This document shows, one piece after another, positions 57,346-64,000 of a stretch of DNA of 64,000 nt. The stretch lies in assembly GCA_035632115.1 (NCBI GenBank), contig DASQHL010000133.1, positions 792 to 64,791 of the forward strand, in the 5' to 3' direction. The notes under the pieces were generated by a model. The model ran no database searches. It worked only from the letters and a program-made list of their open reading frames with translations, and was not told where the DNA came from. The first letter of the stretch is position 1, and every line of letters begins with the position of its first letter. Source of the stretch: Dehalococcoidia bacterium (GTDB lineage Bacteria > Chloroflexota > Dehalococcoidia > DSTF01 > JACRBR01). Both the position numbers and the translations under genes were made by a program.

Positions 57346-58322
57346 ACACGCAGACGCTGTTCGGCGGCGTCGACCTGGGCGGCACCAAGATCCTGGTCCT
57401 TGTCTCCGATGGCGCCGGCAACGTCGTTGGCTCCGGCAGGGTCGCCACCGAGGCGGCTCAGGGGCCGGAGCCGGTCATCGGGCACATCGTCCAGGCCGCG
57501 AAGGAAGCCGCCGCCGAAGCGCAGGTGCCCCTCTCGGCCCTGCGCGCGGTCGGCGTCTCCGCGCCGGGTCCCATAGAGACCGCCGTGGGCGTGATCACGG
57601 ATCCGCCGAACCTCCCCGGCTGGCACAACGTGCCGCTCGCGCGCATCCTGCGCGAGCGCCTCGGCGTGCCCGCCGTGCTCGAAAACGACGCGAACTGCGG
57701 CGCCGTCGGCGAACACGCCTTTGGCGCCGGCCGCGGCTACCGGCACCTCATCTTCGTCACCGTCAGCACCGGTATCGGCGGCGGCATCATCATCGACGAT
57801 CGCCTGTACGCCGGCGCATCCGGCGCCGCCGGCGAGGTCGGCCACCTCGGCGTCTCCGTCGACGGGCCAACCTGCGGCGCCGGCCACGTCGGCTGCCTCG
57901 AAGCGTTCGCCTCCGGGACCGCCATCGCCGCCCGCGCCCGCGAGATGATCGCCGCCGGCGGCCTGCCCCGCACCGCCCGCCTCGCCGGACAGGACCCCCC
58001 GCTCTCCGCGAAGACCGTCTTCCTGGCGGGCCAGCAGGGCGAGGTCGAAGCCGCGGAGATCATCCGCTCGGCGGGGCGCTACCTGGGCATCGGCCTGGCC
58101 AGCATCATCAACGCCTTCAATCCGCAGGCCATCGTCATCGGCGGCGGCCTCACGAACATGGGAGACGCCATCCTGGGACCAGCAGTGGAGACCGCCCGCA
58201 CCCGGTCGTTCGCCCAGTCGTTTACAGACGTGCGCATCGTGGAGGGGGAGCTAGGCGAGCGCGCGGCGGCGCTCGGCGCGATCGCGGTCGCCCGCAACCG
58301 CGTCGCTGCGGAGGCCGCATGA
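57342..58322 (+). CDS. ROK-family sugar kinase (glucokinase-like)
   Basis: ATGA overlap with glgA. ROK motifs …VDLGGTKILV… and the CxCGxxGCxE zinc motif (…CGAGHVGCLEAF…). Confidence 0.85.
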   Translation: MNTQTLFGGVDLGGTKILVLVSDGAGNVVGSGRVATEAAQGPEPVIGHIVQAAKEAAAEAQVPLSALRAVGVSAPGPIETAVGVITDPPNLPGWHNVPLARILRERLGVPAVLENDANCGAVGEHAFGAGRGYRHLIFVTVSTGIGGGIIIDDRLYAGASGAAGEVGHLGVSVDGPTCGAGHVGCLEAFASGTAIAARAREMIAAGGLPRTARLAGQDPPLSAKTVFLAGQQGEVEAAEIIRSAGRYLGIGLASIINAFNPQAIVIGGGLTNMGDAILGPAVETARTRSFAQSFTDVRIVEGELGERAAALGAIAVARNRVAAEAA

Positions 58323-58413
58323 CGGCGCACCAGTGGGGGTCCGGCAGCTGGCTGCCGATACTCTCCACGAGGTCGTCGTCGGAGCGCGCGCGCATCCAGG
58401 GGGTGGGGCGGAC

Positions 58414-59691
58414 ATGCAGTCTCTTCTCGCGGGCCGTGTAGCGCCGCTGCTCCGGGGCGATGGCGCGCGCGTCGCCAAGCTGGCGATCGTCGTCTTCCTC
58501 TGGCAGGCCGCCGTCGGTATCTACTTCCTGTCCCTCGTCCAGCAGTACCTGCCGCAGGCCCTCCACGCCGGGCTCGCCTATCCCGGCTACGCTATGGCCT
58601 CCTACGGCGTCGCCAAGTTCGCCTGGCAGCCCGCCGCCGGTTGGATCGCCGACCGCATCGGCCGCCGCGTCACCATGGTCGCCGGCATGGCCCTCAGCAT
58701 CCCCGCCCTCACGCTCATGATGAGTGTCCCGGACGCGCGGGCGTTCCTCGGCTTCTCCGCGCTCCTGGGCATCGGCGCCGCCACCATGTGGCCCGCCTTC
58801 ATGGCGCACGTGGGCGATACGACCCCCCGCGGCCGCCGCGCCCGGACGATGTCGCTGCTCAACATCGCGCAGATGACTGGCATCGGCCTGGGCACGTTGT
58901 GCGGCGTGCTGATGGTGGACTACGTCACCTACAGCGGCGCCTTCTGGGCCTGCATGGGCTTCAGCGTGCTCGCGCTCGCCATGGTGGTGCGCGGCGGCGT
59001 CGAGAACGACGCCGGCCAGCGGCGCGACGTGGCTCCGGCGCCCGCCCCTCGGGCGGTGCGAGACGCCGCCAGCTGGACCCCCGGTCTGGCCATGCTCTCC
59101 GTCATCGTGCTCTTCCTCACGCTCGGCACCAGCCTCCACACGCCGATGATCGGCGCCTACACGCACGACGTGCTGCGCGTGCGGATGTCCTTCATGGCGC
59201 TGCTCTTTCCCGCCCCCGCCGCGCTCGCCGGGTTCGCGCTCTGGAAGTTCGGCCACCTGACCGACCGCTACGGCCGCCATGTGCCGCTGGTCGCGGGGCT
59301 GTTCGTCGCCTCGCTCTCGATCTTCGCGCTCACGCTCACGCGGAACCCCTTCATCGCCGTCAACTTCGTCGTGCTCGCCGGCCTCGCCTACGCCGTCAGC
59401 ATCCCCGCCTGGGGCGCCGCCGCGCTCGATGCCACCGACGTCGGCGGGCGCGGCCTGCTGCTTGGCGTGCTCACGGCCGTCCAGGGCTTGGGCGTTGCCG
59501 CCGGCCAGGCCCTCGGCGGCGTCATCGGCGGCTTCTGGGGGCCGCTCGCGCCCTTCAAGCTGGCCGCCCTGCTGTTGATGGTCGCCCTGCTCCTCATCCT
59601 CTCGCAGCTGCGGCTGCACGCCCGTCGCCGTCGCGCCCCCGCGACCGCAACACTCGCGCTCGCACCCGCATGGCTCGCGCCCGGCGACTGA
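58414..59691 (+). CDS. MFS transporter
   Basis: ATG at 58414 preceded by GGGGGTGGGG. 12 predicted TM helices. MFS loop motif …ADRIGRRVTMV…. Confidence 0.8.
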   Translation: MQSLLAGRVAPLLRGDGARVAKLAIVVFLWQAAVGIYFLSLVQQYLPQALHAGLAYPGYAMASYGVAKFAWQPAAGWIADRIGRRVTMVAGMALSIPALTLMMSVPDARAFLGFSALLGIGAATMWPAFMAHVGDTTPRGRRARTMSLLNIAQMTGIGLGTLCGVLMVDYVTYSGAFWACMGFSVLALAMVVRGGVENDAGQRRDVAPAPAPRAVRDAASWTPGLAMLSVIVLFLTLGTSLHTPMIGAYTHDVLRVRMSFMALLFPAPAALAGFALWKFGHLTDRYGRHVPLVAGLFVASLSIFALTLTRNPFIAVNFVVLAGLAYAVSIPAWGAAALDATDVGGRGLLLGVLTAVQGLGVAAGQALGGVIGGFWGPLAPFKLAALLLMVALLLILSQLRLHARRRRAPATATLALAPAWLAPGD

Positions 59692-59769
59692 CCGGCGCCG
59701 TCGCCGCACGCGCGTAGCAGTCTCCCAACGTGATCACCGCCCGCGCCTCGCGGCCCCTATACTGCCACC

Positions 59770-60765
59770 GTGCCGCGCCCATCCCGCCGCATCGTCACGC
59801 TGCTCCTCTTCTCGGTGGCCACCTGCGCCGCGCTCACCGGCTGCGGCATCGTCGGCGGCGCCTCCGCCACGTCGACCCCCACCCTGACCGCCACCGCGAC
59901 GCCCACCCTGACGCCCACGCTCACCCCCACCTTCACCCCTTCCCCGACGCCCAGCGCTACCTCCACGCCCGCGCCGCCCGCCACGCCTGAGGTCGAGATG
60001 TCGCAGGGCCGCACCGCCGTGCTCCACGTCGGCAACGGCGGCGCCTCCGGGGCCACGGCAGTCTTCCGCGGCCGCACCTACACACTGGTGCCGGACAGCA
60101 CCGGCTTCTGGGTGCCCATCGGTGTGGGCGCCACCGTCAAGCCCGGCGACTATGTTGCCACCGTCACCCTCACCGATGCCTCGGGCGGCGTCATCCAGAC
60201 CGAGAATCTGCTGGTGCGCGTCGACCCCACGAACTTCCCGTCGGAGAACGTCGATGTCGCGACCAGCGGGCCGAACGGCCTCCAGCCCCCCGACCAGGTG
60301 CAGAAGGAGCTGGAGATCCGCGCCTCCATCTACGCGAAAGAGAGCCCGGTCAAGCTCTGGAGCGGCCCTTTCATCATCCCCGCGCCCGGCCCCATCACCA
60401 CCGCCTTCGGCACCGCGCGCAGCTACAACGGCGGCCCGATCTCGGAGCACCACAGCGGCACGGACATCGGCGCCGCCGAGGGCACGCCCGTCGTCGCCGC
60501 TAACGCCGGCCGCGTCGTCTTCGTCGGCATGCTCACAACGCGTGGCAACTCCGTGATCATCGATCACGGTCTCGGCGTCTTCACCGCCTACCATCACCTG
60601 TCCGCGTTCAGCGTGACCGAGGGCCAGGTCGTGCAGAAGGGCCAGACCATCGGCGCGGTCGGCATGACCGGCCTGGCCACCGGGCCGCACCTGCACTGGG
60701 AGCTCGTCGTCGGCGGCCAGAACGTCGACCCGGTCTACTGGACCTTCGAAGGTGTCGCACCCTAG
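59770..60765 (+). CDS. Lipoprotein M23-family metalloendopeptidase with a Thr/Pro-rich linker
   Basis: Lipobox LLFSVATCAALTGCG. TPTLTATATPTLTPTLTPT linker. M23 motifs HxxxD (…EHHSGTDIGA…) and HLH (…TGPHLHWEL…). Confidence 0.85.
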   Translation: MPRPSRRIVTLLLFSVATCAALTGCGIVGGASATSTPTLTATATPTLTPTLTPTFTPSPTPSATSTPAPPATPEVEMSQGRTAVLHVGNGGASGATAVFRGRTYTLVPDSTGFWVPIGVGATVKPGDYVATVTLTDASGGVIQTENLLVRVDPTNFPSENVDVATSGPNGLQPPDQVQKELEIRASIYAKESPVKLWSGPFIIPAPGPITTAFGTARSYNGGPISEHHSGTDIGAAEGTPVVAANAGRVVFVGMLTTRGNSVIIDHGLGVFTAYHHLSAFSVTEGQVVQKGQTIGAVGMTGLATGPHLHWELVVGGQNVDPVYWTFEGVAP

Positions 60766-61459
60766 CCCGGCGGCGCGCCCCGCCGCCCCGCCACCCGCAC
60801 CCGCCCTCGTGCGCCTCCACGCCGCACTCGCATCGGCGTACGCCGGCCAGCTGTGGCACTGGGCGCCCGGCGTCGCCCGCGGCCCGATGGAGATCATCGC
60901 CGGCGCGGTCCTCGTCCAGCACACCACCTGGACCAACGCGGAGCGCGCGCTCGACGCCCTCCGCACGGCCGGCGCGCTCGACGCATCCGCCCTCGCCGCC
61001 CTGCCGGAGCGCGAGATCGCCGCGCTCGTCCGCGTCAGCGGCACGCCCACGGTGAAGGCCCGCCGCCTGCGCGCCGTCGCCCGCACGATCGAGGCGGCCG
61101 GCGGTCTCGATGCGCTGCTCGCGCTCCCGCACCACGCCCTCCGCGCAGCCCTGATCGAGACGCACGGCATCGGCCCCGAGACCGCCGACGCGGTCGCCCT
61201 CTACGCTGCCGGCCATCCCGCCTTCGTCATCGACGCGTACACGCGACGCCTGTTCGGGCGTCTCGCCCTCGGCCCCGGCGCGCGCGCGTCGTACGCTGCC
61301 TGGCAGCGCTGGTTCGAAGACCGCCTGCCGCCCGACGTCACCCTCTACCGAAACCTCCACGCCTACATCGTCCTGCACGGCAAGACGCTCTGCCGCGCCG
61401 TGCCCCGCTGTGACGCGTGCCCGCTCCGCCCGCAGTGCCCCGAAGGCTGCGGCCGATGA
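60752..61459 (+). CDS. HhH-GPD superfamily DNA glycosylase (endonuclease III-like with a C-terminal [4Fe-4S] cluster)
   Basis: HhH-GPD region …LIETHGIGPETADAV…. C-terminal C-x6-C-x2-C-x5-C (CRAVPRCDACPLRPQC). Confidence 0.8.
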   Translation: MSHPSPAARPAAPPPAPALVRLHAALASAYAGQLWHWAPGVARGPMEIIAGAVLVQHTTWTNAERALDALRTAGALDASALAALPEREIAALVRVSGTPTVKARRLRAVARTIEAAGGLDALLALPHHALRAALIETHGIGPETADAVALYAAGHPAFVIDAYTRRLFGRLALGPGARASYAAWQRWFEDRLPPDVTLYRNLHAYIVLHGKTLCRAVPRCDACPLRPQCPEGCGR

Positions 61460-62202
61460 CGCGCGCGCTGGCGCGGCCCTTCGCGGCCGGGCTGCTGGCC
61501 GCAATCGTTGCGCTCTCGCTGGGCTGCTCCGCCGCGCGAAGTGTGCGCGACCGCATCACCGGCGCCGGCACGCCCGCGCCCATCCGCACGCCCACCCACA
61601 CGCCGACCATCACGCCGACGCCCACCCCCACCTTCACGCCCACCCCCACGGCCACGCCCACGCCCGTGCTCCCGCAGAACCCCGCCGGGCTCGATCGCTG
61701 GGATACCCTGCCCATCCCCTACTGCGTCTCCACCGGCGGCGCGGGCTACGTCAGCAACGCCCTCTTCGTCATCGCCGTGCAGCGCGCGTTCACCGCTTGG
61801 GGTGTGCCGACCCGCTACACCGGCCAGTGCGGCCCGCCGAAGCAGGACGACGGCATCAACGAGATCGGCTGGGGTGCCCTCAACTCTGAGCGCGCGCAGA
61901 TCTACGAAGCCGGCATCACCCTCCGCATCACCTCGCAGTGTCGCAGCAACTGCGACCCCAACGACCGCATCCGCCTGGCCGAGGCCGATATCACGGTCGA
62001 CTCGCACCCGCCCGCCGAGTTCCGCACCGCCAACTGCCTCTACGCCACGCTGCTGCATGAGACCGGCCACTTCCTCGGTCTCGAGCACCTGCCGGCGCCC
62101 TCCGTCATGGAGGCCGAGACCTCCGGCTGCCGCACGCAACTCACCGCCGCCGACCGCCAGGCGCTCCTCGCCCGCTACGGCGCCCGCGCCCACCCGCAAT
62201 AG
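61456..62202 (+). CDS. Lipoprotein metzincin-type zinc metalloprotease (matrixin/M10-like) with a Thr/Pro-rich linker
   Basis: ATG overlaps the upstream stop (ATGA). Lipobox LSLGCSA. TPTHTPTITPTPTPTFTPTPTATPTP linker. Metzincin motif HETGHFLGLEH. Confidence 0.7.
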   Translation: MTRALARPFAAGLLAAIVALSLGCSAARSVRDRITGAGTPAPIRTPTHTPTITPTPTPTFTPTPTATPTPVLPQNPAGLDRWDTLPIPYCVSTGGAGYVSNALFVIAVQRAFTAWGVPTRYTGQCGPPKQDDGINEIGWGALNSERAQIYEAGITLRITSQCRSNCDPNDRIRLAEADITVDSHPPAEFRTANCLYATLLHETGHFLGLEHLPAPSVMEAETSGCRTQLTAADRQALLARYGARAHPQ

Positions 62203-62211
62203 CGCCCGCCG

Positions 62212-62748
62212 CTACCCGCCCAGTTGCTGGATCCACGCCCGCGCCACGCCGTCCGTGACCTCGAGGAACCCGACCGTCCCGAGCCGCCGCGTCAGGTTCC
62301 GCGGGAACGTCGGGCTCCCGGGATTCACCAGCAGCACGCCCCGCATCTCCTCGACCTCCGCCACGTGCGTGTCGCCGTGTACCAGCACGTCCACGCGCCC
62401 GCCGAAATGGTGCTCCATGATCGATTCCAGCGTGCGGTGCGGTGGCCACTCCGGCAGCGTCGCATCGTGCACCATGCCGATGCGGATCCCCTCGACCGTC
62501 AGCGTCTGCACGGGCTTCATCCGCGGGTCGTCCGGGCAGACCGGGCGACCGCCCCCACCGTCGTCACCGTTCCCGCGCACGGCCAGCACCGGCACGCCGC
62601 ACCGCTCCTCCAGCCAGTCCAGCACCTCCACGACGTGCAGATCTCCCGCGTGCAGGATCAGTTCCGCGCCGCGAAGCGCATCGTACGCTTCGTCCCACAG
62701 CGGCCCCGCCTCCGGGTAGTGCGTGTCGCCGATCAGGCCGATCCGCAC
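62212..62748 (-). CDS. YfcE/MJ0936-type metallophosphoesterase
   Basis: GTG at 62748 preceded by GGAGTGGAGG. Motifs RIGLIGDTHY…ILHAGDL…VRGNGD…GHTH. Confidence 0.8.
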   Translation of the reverse strand: MRIGLIGDTHYPEAGPLWDEAYDALRGAELILHAGDLHVVEVLDWLEERCGVPVLAVRGNGDDGGGGRPVCPDDPRMKPVQTLTVEGIRIGMVHDATLPEWPPHRTLESIMEHHFGGRVDVLVHGDTHVAEVEEMRGVLLVNPGSPTFPRNLTRRLGTVGFLEVTDGVARAWIQQLGG

Positions 62749-63529
62749 GCAATCTCGCCTCCACTCCGCACGCGCGCTAGGCTGCATTGTGGATCAAGCA
62801 CCGCCCGCGGCGAAGCGCGCCGCCGCGAACCGCATCGGCGCCGCCGCACTCGGCATCGGGCTGACATCGCTCATCGGCGGCCTCGGCGTCGTCGCCGTGT
62901 ACTACCCTCTCCGGCACACGCCCTACGCCGTGCAGTGGCTGCTCGTCTTTGCCCTGATGACCGGCGAGAGCGCGGCGATCCACCTGCCCAGCGAGGTGAT
63001 CCTGCCCGTTGCCGGGTGGCTGCTGGTGCGCGACCACCACCTCGGCGTCAGCGGCCTGCTCGCCCTCAGCGCCGTCGCCGCCGCTGGCAACACCGCCGGA
63101 TCGTCGCTCCTCTACGCCGCCGGTCGCTCTGGCGGCCGCCCGCTCGTCCGCCGCTACGGACGCTGGGTGCTCCTGCACGAGGACGACGTGGACCGCGCCG
63201 AGCGGCACATGCGCCGCCACGGCGTGTGGGCCACCTTCGTCGCCCGGCTGCTCCCCGTCGTGCGCACCTACGTGGGGTTCGTCGCCGGCATGCTGCGCGT
63301 GCCCCTGCCCGCGTTTCTCGCCGCCACCTTCGCCGGGTCCTTCGTCTGGTCCGCCGCATTCATCGCCGTCGGCGAGCAGCTCGGCACCCACTGGTCCCGC
63401 ATTCGCGGCCCCATGGAGGTGGCCGGAGTCGCCGTCGCGGCGCTGCTGCTCCTCGTGCTCGCCGCTGTCACCCTGCGCCAGCTCCGGCGCACCGCCGCGC
63501 ACCCCACAAAGCCAGAACCCCGTCTGTGA
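62723..63529 (+). CDS. DedA/SNARE-associated family membrane protein
   Basis: DedA signature region …LLYAAGRSGGRPLVRRYGRW… flanked by TM helices. The start is uncertain (ORF GTG at 62723 or an internal GTG). Confidence 0.7.
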   Translation: MSPIRPIRTQSRLHSARALGCIVDQAPPAAKRAAANRIGAAALGIGLTSLIGGLGVVAVYYPLRHTPYAVQWLLVFALMTGESAAIHLPSEVILPVAGWLLVRDHHLGVSGLLALSAVAAAGNTAGSSLLYAAGRSGGRPLVRRYGRWVLLHEDDVDRAERHMRRHGVWATFVARLLPVVRTYVGFVAGMLRVPLPAFLAATFAGSFVWSAAFIAVGEQLGTHWSRIRGPMEVAGVAVAALLLLVLAAVTLRQLRRTAAHPTKPEPRL

Positions 63530-63565
63530 CGGGGCTCGCTCGATGCCGCCTGTTCGTTGCCGGGC

Positions 63566-63775
63566 TTACGCTGTCTTCGTCTGGCTCCGCAGGCAACGCG
63601 TGCAGATCTTGACGCGAATGGCGTCCCCGCCGACGCGCACCACCTGCTTGTGCAGGTTCGGCCGGAACGCCCGGTTCGTCTTGTGGGCTTCCCGCTCCCA
63701 GCGGCCGGAGTGCCGGTGGCGGATGTTGCGGCCGAAGGTCGTCCCCTTGCCGCAGACGGCACAGATCGCGGGCAT
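63566..63775 (-). CDS. rpmB: 50S ribosomal protein L28
   Basis: MPAICAVCGKGTTFGRNIRHRHSGRWEREAHKTNRAFRPNLHKQ… is a canonical bL28 sequence. Confidence 0.95.
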   Translation of the reverse strand: MPAICAVCGKGTTFGRNIRHRHSGRWEREAHKTNRAFRPNLHKQVVRVGGDAIRVKICTRCLRSQTKTA

Positions 63776-63867
63776 GTCGTCAGTCCTCGCCGGGCGCTGG
63801 GCCCGTGTTAGAATCGTGAACGCAGCACTCTAGCACGCAATCTGAATCTGAGGCAACCCGCCACCCC

Positions 63868-64000
63868 ATGCCCGAACCCCACCAACCGCCGGCGCCCATC
63901 GGCCCGCCAGCCGCGCGGCAGATCGATGGGCCCGCCCTCGCGCGCGCCTTCGCCGCCGCCCTGGACGCCCTCCGCGGCCAGGCCGACGCCCTCAACGCCA
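63868..64000 (+). CDS. DAK2-domain protein (YloV-like), N-terminal fragment running off the window
   Basis: ATG at 63868. …QIDGPALARAFAAALDALRGQADALNA matches the N-terminus of DAK2/YloV proteins. It is divergent from rpmB, as in many bacteria. Confidence 0.5.
   Translation, partial: MPEPHQPPAPIGPPAARQIDGPALARAFAAALDALRGQADALNA

Noticed and set aside
1-64000. Search for mobile elements, integrases, CRISPR arrays, rRNA or tRNA genes.
   Set aside because: No transposase, recombinase or Cas-like ORFs were seen. No regularly spaced direct repeats. No regions with rRNA- or tRNA-like conservation. Apart from the J-domain segment, composition is uniform, consistent with native chromosome.

Overview
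The window is a very GC-rich (~72%) bacterial chromosomal segment, dense with genes on both strands. Many adjacent genes overlap by 4 nt at stop/start (GTGA or ATGA). I found no rRNA, tRNA, CRISPR array, transposase or integrase.

The content fits a high-GC member of the Terrabacteria, either Chloroflexota (Thermomicrobia-like) or Actinomycetota. Supporting traits are an F420-type luciferase-like oxidoreductase, an MshA-family GT4, DinB_2 proteins, Rex, MreB, Thr/Pro-rich linkers in exported proteins, and many GT-C membrane glycosyltransferases.

Recognisable housekeeping genes include alr, murA, mreB, proA, glgA with a ROK kinase, folE, a leuB-family dehydrogenase, scpA, rpmB, rex and azlCD. 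There is also an erpA/iscA-like gene, a histidinol-phosphatase (PHP-type), a NarL-type two-component pair and a MacB-like ABC exporter.

The most unusual region is 12.1-19.2 kb. A polyprenyl-phosphate-sugar-synthase-like GT2 is translationally coupled to a SAM methyltransferase. This pair sits divergent from two consecutive PMT/ArnT-like GT-C membrane glycosyltransferases with odd fusions. The first GT-C carries an N-terminal beta-rich extracytoplasmic domain and a C-terminal T2SS GspG/pseudopilin-like domain. The second carries an N-terminal DnaJ J-domain (HPD motif), encoded by an anomalously low-GC segment that is followed by an 11-C homopolymer.

Further downstream, folE is translationally coupled to a FemAB/CelD-like GNAT and an MshA-family GT4. 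Together with a stand-alone PTPS/QueD gene at 36.9 kb, this suggests either a glycosylated-pterin pathway or a mycothiol-like thiol pathway.

Several exported proteins carry Thr/Pro-rich linkers and are plausible substrates for the glycosylation machinery. Other points are a candidate Rex promoter and operator, a structured AT-rich leader upstream of glgA, and a Gly-rich double zinc-ribbon protein.

Coordinates follow the supplied ORF-track frames. Start codons are my own choices, made from RBS and overlap context, and may be off by a codon or so. My own position counts disagreed with the track by 1 nt around 12.8 kb and 14.1 kb; I trusted the track there.
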